Notes: a model not told the origin generated them from the letters alone. A DNA stretch of 64,000 nucleotides from Marispirochaeta sp. (GCA_963676835.2 CAXXFF010000002.1:1792001-1856000); one strand, 5' to 3'. Positions 48,761-61,363 are shown, numbered from the stretch's first letter. Numbers and translations are program-made.

Positions 48761-49534
48761 TCAGCTCTCTTTGTAGATAACTGTTCCGGTGGCCTGGTTG
48801 ATGGGGGTAACGGTAAGCTCGGTAATCTGCACATGCTCCGGTACGGATGCGGCATAGATTACCGTGTCGGCAATATCTGCTCCGGAAAGGGGTTTGATTC
48901 CCTTGTAGAAGCCCGAGGCCCGTTCAGTATCTCCCTTGAACCGGACAACGCTGAAGTTGGTTTCCACCATTCCCGGCTGGATATTGGTTACCCGGATGGG
49001 CTTATCCACCGTATCAATCCGCAGGGCATCGCTTAAGACATGTACGGCACTCTTGGTTGCACAGTAGACCCCGCCGTTGGCGTAAGCCTGAATACCTGCG
49101 GTTGAACCGATATTGATTACCTGACCGTAGCCGCGGTCCACCATGCCGGGAACAACTGCCCTGGACATGTAAAGCAGTCCCTTTACGTTGGTGTCGATCA
49201 TGGTTTCCCAGTCATCGATATTGCCTTCGTGGAGTTTTTCCAGTCCCAGGGCAAGACCTGCATTGTTAACCAGGATATCGATTGCCTTCCATTCTGCAGG
49301 AAGGTTGGCTACGGTTTGCTGAACAGCTTCTCTGCTCCGTACATCAAGTTCAACCGGGAGAATCTCCGCGGCATACTTACCGCTTAGCTCTTCTGCAACA
49401 GCTTTGAGAGCGGTGAGGGTCCGTGAGGTGATTATCACCCGTGCTCCCTTTTCTGCAAAGGCTTCGGCGCATGCTTTACCTATACCGCTGCTGGCTCCGG
49501 TTACTAATACAGTTTTGCCTTTAATTCTATCCAT
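48761..49534 (-). CDS. Classical SDR oxidoreductase (YdfG-like)
   Basis: TGASSGIG, NNAGLALG, YCATK, PGMVETNFS.VRF.GD. Confidence 0.92.
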   Translation of the reverse strand: MDRIKGKTVLVTGASSGIGKACAEAFAEKGARVIITSRTLTALKAVAEELSGKYAAEILPVELDVRSREAVQQTVANLPAEWKAIDILVNNAGLALGLEKLHEGNIDDWETMIDTNVKGLLYMSRAVVPGMVDRGYGQVINIGSTAGIQAYANGGVYCATKSAVHVLSDALRIDTVDKPIRVTNIQPGMVETNFSVVRFKGDTERASGFYKGIKPLSGADIADTVIYAASVPEHVQITELTVTPINQATGTVIYKES

Positions 49535-49758
49535 TCATCGACCTCGAATTCTGTTGTGTGTTTGTTCAAGTATAAAAGGTGTGCCGAGAGAGTGTAAAGT
49601 AAGCGGGTCCGATGAGAAAAACAAATGGCTCTATTCTGCTTTGTGCCTTATCATAGATTGTGGCTTACATGACCATGTTAAAGGGTGAGTGAACAGAGAC
49701 CAGGATAGGTCAAGGCTATATAAAAGATTGATAAAATACATCTTTCCTGGAGGCAGTT

Positions 49759-51372
49759 GTGAGTAAAGCAAAAGCAGAAAATCCTGAAGCAGTGGAGATT
49801 ATCCGGGAAGGAAGGAGTTTCCTGGGGATCGAGTTCGGCTCTACCCGTATCAAAGCCAGTCTGATCAGCCCTGAAGGGACGCCTCTGGCTGCAGGAGCCT
49901 ATGGCTGGGAGAACGAAAATATCGACGGCATATGGACCTATAAGCTGGACGATGTATGGACAGGAGCCAGAGCCTGTTATGCCGATCTGGCGGCTGATGT
50001 CCAGTCACGCTATGGAGTGCCCTTCACCGGGCCGGCGGCGGTGGGAATAAGCGGAATGATGCATGGGTATCTGGTTTTTGATGAGCATAATAAGCTTCTT
50101 GTTCCCTTCAGGACCTGGCGCAATAATATTACCGGTCCCGCATGTGAAGAACTTTCCGACCTTTTTCATTTCGCCGTTCCCCAGCGCTGGAGTATTGCTC
50201 ACCTGTATCAGGCCATATTAAACGGGGAAGAGCATGTGGGTAAAATCAGCTATATAACCACCCTTGCGGGATATGTCCACTGGAGGCTTACCGGAGAAAA
50301 AGTCCTTGGCATAGGGGAGGCCTCCGGTATGTTTCCGGTTGATCCTTCAACTCTGGATTTTGATGAGAAAATGGTTCAGTCCTTTGATAATCATATCTCT
50401 TCAAAAGGATTTTCCTGGAAAATGCGGGACATCTTTCCCCGGGTGCTCACTGCAGGGGTATCCGGCGGGATATTGACTTCCGAAGGTGCTCAGCTGCTGG
50501 ATCCTTCGGGTAAGCTTGCCTCTGGCATTCCTTTCTGCCCTCCCGAAGGGGATGCCGGTACCGGAATGGTGGCAACCGGCAGTGTGCGGGAACGTACCGG
50601 TAATGTATCCGCCGGAACTTCGGTCTTTGCCATGATTGTTCTTGAGAATCCTCTATCAAAGCCCTATGAAGAGCTTGATATTGTGGTAACCCCCCATGGC
50701 AAAGCGGTGGCAATGGCTCATTCAAACAACTGTTCTTCAGACTTCGATGCATGGATCGATATCTTTAAACAGGCCGCCGGAGCCCTGGGGATGGAGCCTT
50801 CTGCAGATGATCTTTACGGAAAGCTGATGCCCCTTGCGCTTAAAGGGGATTTTGATGCCGGCGGAATGCTGGCGGTAAGTTATGTATCCGGGGAGCATGT
50901 TACGGGATTTACTGAAGGGCGTCCTTTTATTGTGCGCCAGCCCGACAGGCCCTTTCGGCTGGAAAATCTGCTCCGTTCATTACTTTTTACCGCTTTCTGC
51001 GCCCTTCGGACAGGACTGAACGTACTTTTTGATAAGGAGGGCGTAAAAGTTGATGAGATCCGCGGTCATGGCGGGATTTTCAAAACCCCGGGGGTGGGGC
51101 AGAAAATCATGGCAGCAGCAAGCAACACGCCCATCAGTCTTCCTTCAATGGCAGGGGAGGGCGGTGCCTGGGGTATGGCTCTGCTTGCTGCTTTTCTTCT
51201 GCGGGAAAACCAGCAGGAGAGTCTTCCTGATTTTCTTGATCATCTGATTTCAGACAGTATAGGAGACGCAGTTGAGCCCGATCCTGAAGATGTAAAAGGC
51301 TTTGATACATTTTTCAAACGCTACCATGAAGGTCTTTCAATTGAGAGGGAAGCGCTTAAAGTGTTAAACTGA
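49759..51372 (+). CDS. FGGY-family pentulose kinase (L-ribulokinase/xylulokinase-like)
   Basis: GIEFGSTRIKA, SGMMHGY, PEGDAGTGM, SAGTS, EGGAWGMA. Confidence 0.88.
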   Translation: MSKAKAENPEAVEIIREGRSFLGIEFGSTRIKASLISPEGTPLAAGAYGWENENIDGIWTYKLDDVWTGARACYADLAADVQSRYGVPFTGPAAVGISGMMHGYLVFDEHNKLLVPFRTWRNNITGPACEELSDLFHFAVPQRWSIAHLYQAILNGEEHVGKISYITTLAGYVHWRLTGEKVLGIGEASGMFPVDPSTLDFDEKMVQSFDNHISSKGFSWKMRDIFPRVLTAGVSGGILTSEGAQLLDPSGKLASGIPFCPPEGDAGTGMVATGSVRERTGNVSAGTSVFAMIVLENPLSKPYEELDIVVTPHGKAVAMAHSNNCSSDFDAWIDIFKQAAGALGMEPSADDLYGKLMPLALKGDFDAGGMLAVSYVSGEHVTGFTEGRPFIVRQPDRPFRLENLLRSLLFTAFCALRTGLNVLFDKEGVKVDEIRGHGGIFKTPGVGQKIMAAASNTPISLPSMAGEGGAWGMALLAAFLLRENQQESLPDFLDHLISDSIGDAVEPDPEDVKGFDTFFKRYHEGLSIEREALKVLN

Positions 51373-51391
51373 GACAGCCTTGGGAGGGATT

Positions 51392-52135
51392 ATGCTGCGG
51401 GTTCTTTTCAGCTGTCTTGTTAACAATTTCAAAAGAAACCTGCCGGCGTTTCTTGTTCTCAATCTTCTTACGGTACTGCCTGCAGGGCTTTTTGCTCTTT
51501 TTTTCTGGACCGACTCCGGTTTCGGTCTGCTCTTTAGGGCTGGCCTTCTGGCATTTGTGTTTATCTACCACTTGCTGGCAGGAACCCTCTTTTATCTGCT
51601 TCGGGCCTTACCTTCTTTGCCCCGTATAGAAACAGGTGAGTTCTTCGGGGTTTTAAAATCATTACCTCCTGATTCTTTCGTGTCCTCCGCCCGTAGAGCT
51701 TCGATGTTCGGTATGGTTGCCCTGGTGCAGACGGTGCTGCTGCTTTGGATTATTACTTTCTATTTGCGTACCGGCGGCATAAGCGGTCTTGTGTCTATTT
51801 CTCTTTTTTTCTGGCTGAACTTGTTCTGGCAGCTTTCTGCCCAGTACCATTATTCAATGGCTGCGGACTTCAACTATTCTATCTTCAAAACAATCCGGCA
51901 GAGCCTTATTCTCTGCGGGGACAACCTGATGTTCTCTGTAATCATTGGAGTGATTACATGCCTGGGTGTTATTGTTTCTCTGGTAACTCTGCTTCTGTTT
52001 CCCGGACTGACAGGGATTATTATATTGCACGAAGAGGCTTTCCGTATGCTACGGTTCCGGCATGAATACCTGAGAAAACACCCCGGAACCAGCTCTTCAC
52101 ATATTCCCTGGCAGCAGCTTCTGCCGCAGGATTAA
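51392..52135 (+). CDS. Hypothetical polytopic membrane protein
   Basis: Five to six hydrophobic segments; GGGAGG RBS. Confidence 0.7.
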   Translation: MLRVLFSCLVNNFKRNLPAFLVLNLLTVLPAGLFALFFWTDSGFGLLFRAGLLAFVFIYHLLAGTLFYLLRALPSLPRIETGEFFGVLKSLPPDSFVSSARRASMFGMVALVQTVLLLWIITFYLRTGGISGLVSISLFFWLNLFWQLSAQYHYSMAADFNYSIFKTIRQSLILCGDNLMFSVIIGVITCLGVIVSLVTLLLFPGLTGIIILHEEAFRMLRFRHEYLRKHPGTSSSHIPWQQLLPQD

Positions 52136-52198
52136 TCCCGGATAAAGATTATATAACATCTCTATCTTCTGCCGATGGACTTTTCTATAGCAGGCCGA

Positions 52199-52240
52199 CA
52201 GGGTGGGAGCTCTGCTGAGCTTATCAGGTTAATCACCTAT
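52199..52240 (+). ncRNA. Candidate cis-regulatory RNA resembling the Na+-sensing (DUF1646) riboswitch
   Basis: GGGUG/CACCU outer stem, CUGA-GCUUA-UCAG inner stem, GUUAAU linker; upstream of a Na+/H+ antiporter. Family match is from memory only. Confidence 0.45.
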
Positions 52241-52364
52241 AGTTATCTTCTGTAAATACTTCCGCTATCGGATCTGAGTATCTATTTGCTACGTTTTTCT
52301 TGGATACATTTTATTGCAGGTGCCTTCTTTGTTTATTACAGTTTAAGGACAGAGGATAGATTAG

Positions 52365-52700
52365 ATGAGTAATGACAGAAAAAAGGTTGCCCTGGGACTT
52401 GATGAAAACGGAAATCTTAACAATGACCATTTTGGCCATTCAGCAGTGTATGCGATTTATCTGGAGGACGGATTCCTGATTGAAGAGCGGGAAAATCCTC
52501 TGTATGCAGAACACTCCCATGCCAAAGCGGAGGATGTCCGCAAGGTTATTCCGGAATGCGCTGTCTGGGCGGGGAAAAGCATGGGGAAGAAATCCCGGGA
52601 GTACCTTGAATCTGAAGGCATAAGAACACTGATTCTGTCAGCAGAATCAAGAAAAGATGCTCTTGATGAGATAGTCTGTTTTCTTCTCGAAAAAACATAG
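52365..52700 (+). CDS. NifB/NifX-like (dinitrogenase Fe-Mo cofactor domain) small protein
   Basis: KVA......HFGHS..YAIY, RENP, MG....YL..EGI. Confidence 0.75.
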   Translation: MSNDRKKVALGLDENGNLNNDHFGHSAVYAIYLEDGFLIEERENPLYAEHSHAKAEDVRKVIPECAVWAGKSMGKKSREYLESEGIRTLILSAESRKDALDEIVCFLLEKT

Positions 52701-52772
52701 GTGATACGCTTTTCCATTTGATCCTGTTCTCTTCCCTCGATATACTTTCTTTTTAGTAAAGAGGACACGAAC

Positions 52773-54839
52773 TTGGAATATGAATTCGCTATAAGCACCT
52801 TTCTGATCATCGGTTTTTTGTCTGTCGCCGTTGCTTCTTCTGTACTGCTCAAGAAGCTGCATTTTCCCTATACCATCGGTCTGGTGGTTATCGGGGCTAT
52901 CTTCGGGCTGCTGGCAAAACAGTTTGATTACGCCCTGTTAGCGGAGCTGACCCTTACTCCCGAAACAATCCTGTACCTTATTCTGCCCACTCTTATTTAT
53001 GATGCCTCCATCAATATGGATCTTCGTGCTTTGCGGAAAAATATTGTTCCCATACTGCTTCTGGCGGTTCTGGGGCTGCTTATCTCCGCCGGAATAATAG
53101 GGGGCCTGCTTTCCTTTTTCTCTGTTCTTTCCATCGGAGCGGCGCTGCTCTTCGGAGCGCTGATCTCCGCCACCGACCCGGTTGCGGTTATCGCCCTGTT
53201 CAGTGAAATAGGTGCACCCCGCAGGCTTGGTACCCTGGTTGACGGGGAGAGTATATTCAACGACGCCACGGCAATTGTTCTGTTTTCTATTATTCTTGCA
53301 GCTATAAACAGCGGCATTCACGATGTGGGAGCCCTCTTTTTAAGTTCTTTTGTCAGCTTTCTTCTGGTACTGTTAGGCGGTCTATCCATAGGGGCATTTG
53401 TAGGTGCTGTGGGCGGCTTTGTTATCCGGCTGCAGAAGGATAATGTGGTTCTGCAGATTACCGTAAGCCTTATTATGGCATACATTTCCTTTATTACCGC
53501 AGATCTGCTGGATGTTTCCGGGGTTATGTCGACCCTTGCTGCAGGGATTGTGGTCTCTCTGATGAGTAATGATGTACTTAAGCATGAGAATCACTACTTT
53601 ATGGAGAACTTCTGGAACTATTTCTCCTTTGTGGCCAACAGCTTTGTATTTCTTCTTCTTGGCCTCACCGAAGCTCACAGTTACGACAGCCTTGGTGCCC
53701 TTGCGGCAACCATGCGGCTCCTGCTTGTTGTGGTTCCTGTTGTAACCCTTGCCCGGGCAGTAATTATCTACCTGCTTATCCCTCTGTATAACCGCTTTGC
53801 AAAGGATGATAAGATCAGCTTTTCCTACCAGACCATCCTCTTCTGGGGAGGGTTGCGGGGAGCGGTTCCGGTGGCGCTGGTGCTGGCCATCCCCGCTTTT
53901 TTCCCCTGGCGGGATACCATCGTGCATATTACCCTCTGGTATATTCTCTTTACCCTGCTGATTCAGGGGACAAGTGTTAAATGGATGATGAAGAAGCTGA
54001 ATATCCGGCCTGAGAAGTCCTATTTTGACTATCATCCCGGAGTGGATTATTCGGTGGATTTTCCCACACCCCGGCTGCTGGAACTGGTCACAAGCCGTCT
54101 TCTGCGAAGCTTTAAGGGTGAAGGGTTCTTTGTTTCCGACTCAGAGCAGGAAGATGAAGAAGACGGCGGAGCGTACCTGCTGAATCGGGGCCAGAAATAT
54201 CTGGCGGTGAGCCGGGCCAATACCCGTCTTAGAATAACCGCAGCAGATGATCAGGACCTTGCCTATGGCAGGCAGACCTTATATGAAACCTTACTTGATC
54301 TGGATAATTCCGTCTCTTCCCTTCAGGAGCTGGTTAAATCTCCGGAGATGAACAGGATTGTTCAGGAAGAGACTGCCGATCCCAAGGCCACATTCAGCCT
54401 GGCACGGTATCTGAAAAAAGAGCTGATAAGTGTCTCTTTAAAAAGCAGCAGCAAGAACGCTGTAATCGAAGAACTTATCGATATTGCCGTTGCTGCCGGC
54501 GTTGCTGATAAAAAGATTGCCCTGGAATCGGTGCTTGAACGTGAAGCCTCCATGTCCACCGGTTTTGAACATGGTGTAGCGATTCCCCATGCGAAATGTA
54601 ATGCTTCGGAAACCATTATTCTTGTGGTGGGCATTAAGAAAGAAGGGATTGATTTTGACTCCCTGGACGGAAATCCTGCGACCATGTTTTTTCTTATTCT
54701 TTCTCCCAAAGCCCAAGTCGGGCCCCATATTCAGCTTGTTGCCGGTATCGGGCGGAAAATGAACAACCCGGATATACGGGAGCAGCTGATTGCCGCGAAG
54801 GATGCGGATGAAGTTATTAATGTGCTGAAGGCGAAGTAG
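52773..54839 (+). CDS. CPA1 Na+/H+ antiporter fused to a C-terminal PTS EIIA-like domain
   Basis: LISATDPVAV, GESIFNDA, WGGLRGAV; C-terminal REASMSTG...GVAIPHAK. Confidence 0.92.
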   Translation: MEYEFAISTFLIIGFLSVAVASSVLLKKLHFPYTIGLVVIGAIFGLLAKQFDYALLAELTLTPETILYLILPTLIYDASINMDLRALRKNIVPILLLAVLGLLISAGIIGGLLSFFSVLSIGAALLFGALISATDPVAVIALFSEIGAPRRLGTLVDGESIFNDATAIVLFSIILAAINSGIHDVGALFLSSFVSFLLVLLGGLSIGAFVGAVGGFVIRLQKDNVVLQITVSLIMAYISFITADLLDVSGVMSTLAAGIVVSLMSNDVLKHENHYFMENFWNYFSFVANSFVFLLLGLTEAHSYDSLGALAATMRLLLVVVPVVTLARAVIIYLLIPLYNRFAKDDKISFSYQTILFWGGLRGAVPVALVLAIPAFFPWRDTIVHITLWYILFTLLIQGTSVKWMMKKLNIRPEKSYFDYHPGVDYSVDFPTPRLLELVTSRLLRSFKGEGFFVSDSEQEDEEDGGAYLLNRGQKYLAVSRANTRLRITAADDQDLAYGRQTLYETLLDLDNSVSSLQELVKSPEMNRIVQEETADPKATFSLARYLKKELISVSLKSSSKNAVIEELIDIAVAAGVADKKIALESVLEREASMSTGFEHGVAIPHAKCNASETIILVVGIKKEGIDFDSLDGNPATMFFLILSPKAQVGPHIQLVAGIGRKMNNPDIREQLIAAKDADEVINVLKAK

Positions 54840-54896
54840 CTTCTGCCTGAAGGGCGGCTTTCCCGCCGCCCTCCGCATGCTAAAACAGGAAAACCT

Positions 54897-55196
54897 CTAT
54901 CCTGCCGTATGCCCTGCAACCTCAAATCCCATCCAGCTTACGGCTCCGCAAAGCTCCGCAACCTTTGGAAATGCTTTCTGATGTTCATCGGAGGCGACCC
55001 AGGCCAGGCGCTGTTCTTCAGTATCAAAGCGCAGCTGAATCTGGTAGCCGTGCATGGTATTGCTCTGCTTCAAAAGAGATACACTTTTAAATCCCTTCTG
55101 AATTGATATTGCCGGGGCAAACACCGTGTCAAAAATCTTTTCCAGCTTTTCGTCTTTTCCCGGAAGAGCTTCCAGGCTTATCTGTAATTCAATCAT
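54897..55196 (-). CDS. ABM (antibiotic biosynthesis monooxygenase-like) domain protein
   Basis: 99 aa, PGK, QKGF, W.AS.EH pattern. Confidence 0.75.
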   Translation of the reverse strand: MIELQISLEALPGKDEKLEKIFDTVFAPAISIQKGFKSVSLLKQSNTMHGYQIQLRFDTEEQRLAWVASDEHQKAFPKVAELCGAVSWMGFEVAGHTAG

Positions 55197-55239
55197 TTTC
55201 TTTCCTTATACATAATTAGAAATATCAGTCAGTATTCTC

Positions 55240-55977
55240 TTAAACGGAATAGGACTCAGAAGGTTTCAACTTAACAAGCTTTACCTTCGGGGCTCTTATC
55301 TGCAGGGCTTTTTCAAGCTTTTCGAAATTGAGCATCTGGTTGGGGAAGGTCCCGTGATGGATCGGCAGCATATAGCGGGCGCCCAACAGTTCTGCTGCAT
55401 AGGCTGCTTCCCGAAAACCCATGTTGTATTTACCCCCAATGGGACAGATGGCAAAATCAGGTGCATACAGATCTCGGATAAGGGCCATGTCCAGAAATAC
55501 TCCTGTGTCACCTGCATAATAGATGGTAAAACCGGATTTAAACTCAAGCACATAGCCTGCAGCGCCCGAGCCGGGCATTACGGTCCCGTCCGCCTTGAAC
55601 TCATCGCCCAGGATATCCGAGGTATGCAGGGCCTGAACCATGGTTATGCAGTAATCATCCGTTTCGTAGCAACCGCCGATATTGAGCGGGTATGAACCGG
55701 TGTCATAAGCGATACCCCGTTTGTCTGCATAAATGGCAATTTCCGGGCTGCAGATGAGCTTTGCTCCTGTCTTTTCAACAATCTCCACCGAGTCTCCGAT
55801 GTGATCGTCATGGCCATGGGTTACGCAGACTGTTTCCACCTTGCCGAGATCATCCATGGTTGTTGTGCATTTCGGGTTCCCCTTAATCCAGGGGTCAAAG
55901 AGGATTGAACGGCCGTCGAAGGAGACCTGGACAGAAGCATGTCCAAGCCAGAGAATGTTAACACTGGTTGATTTCAT
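55240..55977 (-). CDS. Metallo-beta-lactamase-fold metal-dependent hydrolase (UPF0173-like)
   Basis: WLGHA, DPW, THGHDDHIGD, YAGDT, PIH. Confidence 0.9.
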   Translation of the reverse strand: MKSTSVNILWLGHASVQVSFDGRSILFDPWIKGNPKCTTTMDDLGKVETVCVTHGHDDHIGDSVEIVEKTGAKLICSPEIAIYADKRGIAYDTGSYPLNIGGCYETDDYCITMVQALHTSDILGDEFKADGTVMPGSGAAGYVLEFKSGFTIYYAGDTGVFLDMALIRDLYAPDFAICPIGGKYNMGFREAAYAAELLGARYMLPIHHGTFPNQMLNFEKLEKALQIRAPKVKLVKLKPSESYSV

Positions 55978-56153
55978 TTTTTCTCCATTCAGATTGGTAA
56001 AATTTCAAAATTCAGTATACACCTGAATTGAGACGGCTGCACTTAAAAAGCGAGATGTCGGTTTCCGGACCGGGTAGAACTCATCTTGTTGCAGTCTCCA
56101 TTGAGCTGGATTATTATTTAAAGTGTTAGATTTATGTTAACAGGGGGCGTCAT

Positions 56154-57278
56154 ATGGCGTACAAGGATCAATATACAGAGTGTGAGTGGGTTGATTTTGA
56201 CCTGCTTGAGAATTTTATGAAAGACTGTCTGCTTAAAAGCGGTCTGCCGCAAAAGGATGCGGAGGTTGTATCCGATATACTTATTACTTCCGATAAGCGG
56301 GGTATCGACTCCCATGGGATCGGCAGGCTCAAGCCTATCTATATTGACCGGATTGACCAGGGGATACTGAACCCGCTGACAAAGATAGATGTGATTAAAG
56401 AAACCTCAACTACTGCTGTATTAGATGGTAATAACGGCATGGGTCATGTGGTCTCAAAAAAGGCCATGAAAATAGCCATTGAAAAAGCCCGTGAAAAGGG
56501 TATGGGAATGGTTGCGGTACGTAATTCCACCCACTATGGGATTGCCGGTTATTATTCTCTTATGGCCTGTGATGCCGGCATGATCGGAATAACCGGTACA
56601 AATGCACGGCCGTCAATTGCTCCGACTTTCGGAGTGGAGAATATGCTTGGAACCAACCCTTTTACCATAGGCTTTCCTACAGATGAAGAATTCCCTTTTG
56701 TGCTGGATTGCGCAACCTCGGTAACCCAGCGGGGTAAGATTGAAATGTACGGCCGGGCGGGAAAGGATCTTCCTCCGGGCTGGGTAATCGGCCGGGACGG
56801 AAAAACCCGGGTGGATACCGATCAGATTCTTGTTGATCTGACTAAAGGAAAAGCAGCCCTGGCACCTCTTGGAGGAGTGGGGGAGGAAACAGCCGGTTAC
56901 AAAGGGTTCGGTTTTGCCACGGTGGTTGAAGTACTTTCTGCTGCGCTGCAGGACGGTTCATTCCTTAAAGATCTGAATGGATTTAATGAAGAGGGAAAAC
57001 GCATCCCCTATCCGCTGGGCCATTTTTTCATTGTGATCAACCCCGATTTTTTTATGGGGCTGGGAATTTTTAAACGTGTGGCCGGAGCAATCATGCGTGA
57101 TCTGCGTAACAGCCAGAAAGCGGAAGGCCATGACCGAATCTACACCGCAGGCGAGAAGGAGTGGGAAGCCTGGCAGTACAGGAAAGAACACGGTTGTCCG
57201 GTTCCGCCAGTTTTGCAGAAGCAGATGCAGGAACTCAGGGACCGCTGGAGTCTCGATTACAAGTTCCCCTGGGATTAG
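56154..57278 (+). CDS. Ldh_2-family (malate/L-lactate/ureidoglycolate-type) oxidoreductase
   Basis: RGIDSHG, DGNNGMG, NSTHYG, GTNP, GYKGFG. Confidence 0.92.
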   Translation: MAYKDQYTECEWVDFDLLENFMKDCLLKSGLPQKDAEVVSDILITSDKRGIDSHGIGRLKPIYIDRIDQGILNPLTKIDVIKETSTTAVLDGNNGMGHVVSKKAMKIAIEKAREKGMGMVAVRNSTHYGIAGYYSLMACDAGMIGITGTNARPSIAPTFGVENMLGTNPFTIGFPTDEEFPFVLDCATSVTQRGKIEMYGRAGKDLPPGWVIGRDGKTRVDTDQILVDLTKGKAALAPLGGVGEETAGYKGFGFATVVEVLSAALQDGSFLKDLNGFNEEGKRIPYPLGHFFIVINPDFFMGLGIFKRVAGAIMRDLRNSQKAEGHDRIYTAGEKEWEAWQYRKEHGCPVPPVLQKQMQELRDRWSLDYKFPWD

Positions 57279-57362
57279 TTTGGAAAACTTTCATTTTTCT
57301 CTGGATTTCGCAGCACTTTTTCATAATATTGATTAGTACAGCCCAACAGGGGAGATAAAGAG

Positions 57363-57554
57363 ATGAATATTTACAGTGTACAGGGAATGAATCAGACTCC
57401 TTCAACGGATCAGTCAAAAGTGAATAGTGTAGATTCTGAGGAAACTCTGGAGAGTCCCGCGGAAAAAGCCAGAGAGCTTGCCACTAACAGCGAAGAGCCA
57501 AAATCATCTTCGCTCCAGAGCTGGCAGGGAAATGTTGTAGACGAAATGGCCTGA
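57363..57554 (+). CDS. Small hypothetical protein (63 aa)
   Basis: GGGGAG RBS, own terminator, C-terminal GNVVDEMA. Confidence 0.6.
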   Translation: MNIYSVQGMNQTPSTDQSKVNSVDSEETLESPAEKARELATNSEEPKSSSLQSWQGNVVDEMA

Positions 57555-57560
57555 AAGAGA

Positions 57561-57595
57561 AAAACCTCTGTGCGGATGCTCTGCACAGAGGTTTT
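57561..57595. terminator. Bidirectional intrinsic terminator
   Basis: AAAACCTCTGTGCGG-ATGCT-CTGCACAGAGGTTTT between convergent genes. Confidence 0.8.
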
Positions 57596-57620
57596 AGTAA
57601 AACTGCTATTAAAGGGATTC

Positions 57621-57926
57621 TCAGGCTGGAATCTTGCCAATCAATTTATCAAGCCATTTTAAGCGTACGTAACCGAAAATTTTGTCCTCTCCGGCAATAT
57701 CCAAAACAGGATACATAACCTTAGCTGCAGATTCTCCCTGGAGATATCTTCGTACTTCCCGGATCTGGTCTTTTGGCAGAAGGTCCACCTGAACGTATCG
57801 GTAGCCATAGCCGAGACTTTCAAGGAGTTCTCTGGCAGTATTGCAGGCTCCACAGTAGGAAAGTGAGTACAGGGTAATTTCGGGTGTCTTAGTCTGTCCG
57901 TCAATTTCTGTATATTCAATTTTCAT
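57621..57926 (-). CDS. Glutaredoxin-like protein, paralog 1
   Basis: YSLSYCGAC, cis-Pro MYPVL, GY. Confidence 0.85.
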   Translation of the reverse strand: MKIEYTEIDGQTKTPEITLYSLSYCGACNTARELLESLGYGYRYVQVDLLPKDQIREVRRYLQGESAAKVMYPVLDIAGEDKIFGYVRLKWLDKLIGKIPA

Positions 57927-58320
57927 GTGTTCTCCTTATGTATAGTGAGTTAACAACAAGCCGGCTAACTGTTTATTCATACGCGAATTAACTGTTCCGG
58001 GAATAATGCTATAGCATGCGCGGTAAAGTGTCAATGTTTATTGTGAAAAAATAACATAAAAAATATATGTATGTGAAAATAGCACAAAAATATCTATGCA
58101 GTATGTGCAGCAATGCACCTTATGGAGCGGAAGGTTCCTTATGAAGCCTGAAACAGTACTCGTGCCCCAGGAGGTTCATGAAAATTAATAAGGAAATTAA
58201 TATGGTGATGAAGAGTTACAGCTATGGTGTGTGAATCAAAAATGCAGGGCAGATCAGTGCCTGGGATGTGGTCTGTCGGGCCGCTCTTTGACGGCAGTTT
58301 TTAAATAGAGAGAAAAGATG

Positions 58321-58626
58321 TCAGCATGATGCAGCTCTTTTCAGAGCTCTTTCCCAGAGAATTTGAATAAAGCCGTAAAGCCGGTCTGTATTATTTAACT
58401 CAAGCACCGGGAAGAGTGCCCCGGTTTGCCTCTCTCCCTGCAGTTCCTTGCGTATTCTGCGGCTTTCGTCTTCCGGTAACAGGTCAACGTATACATATCT
58501 GAAGGTATATCCCTTGTTTTTCAGGTATTCCTTTGCACTTTTACAGGCATCACAATATGAAATTGAGTACATGGTTATTTCGGGTACAGTAAGGGGGCCT
58601 TCAACAGTCGTATATTCTAATGACAT
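58321..58626 (-). CDS. Glutaredoxin-like protein, paralog 2
   Basis: YSISYCDAC, LFPVL, GF; start at MSLEY. Confidence 0.85.
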   Translation of the reverse strand: MSLEYTTVEGPLTVPEITMYSISYCDACKSAKEYLKNKGYTFRYVYVDLLPEDESRRIRKELQGERQTGALFPVLELNNTDRLYGFIQILWERALKRAASC

Positions 58627-58847
58627 ACTCTCTTCTTCCGTTGTTCCTGTATGCTGCAAAGTTCCTTCAGGTAATTATATAGATTGATCATTACTCTGAA
58701 TTTTACAGCGAGGTCGTGACTGAGTCAAATAATTGTTTATGGATTAAATTTGCGAAATGAAGGTGTGGTAAGAAAAAAATCCATGTTCAGCAGGAGCACT
58801 CTGTTCAAACTGGTGTACTCCTGCTGATTGTGATTTTCACACCCGAT

Positions 58848-61085
<2,238 letters not shown>

Positions 61086-61363
61086 TTAGCTGTATTTGGT
61101 TCTTAAGAACGTAGATGCGGATAGATAAAGCCTATCATAAAAACAATTGTTTGGCACAGACTCTTATGGAATAGTCAGAGAAGGTATAGAATTATTCCTG
61201 AGGAAAAAACCCGGAAGCTTGAAAAAAGAAAAGCCCCAATCTTTCGATTGGAACAAAACCTGAAGCCGAAGGGCTGGGCCAGCGGTTTGCGAAGCAACAC
61301 CGCGAGCCCGAGCTTGTGCAGGGTTTTCCGAAGGAAAATCCCGAGAGTTGACGCAGAAGCCCG

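Noticed and set aside
52171..52200. Fluoride riboswitch suggested by GCCGATGG
   Set aside because: It lacks the GGCGATGGnGTTCGCC stem and the downstream conserved segment.
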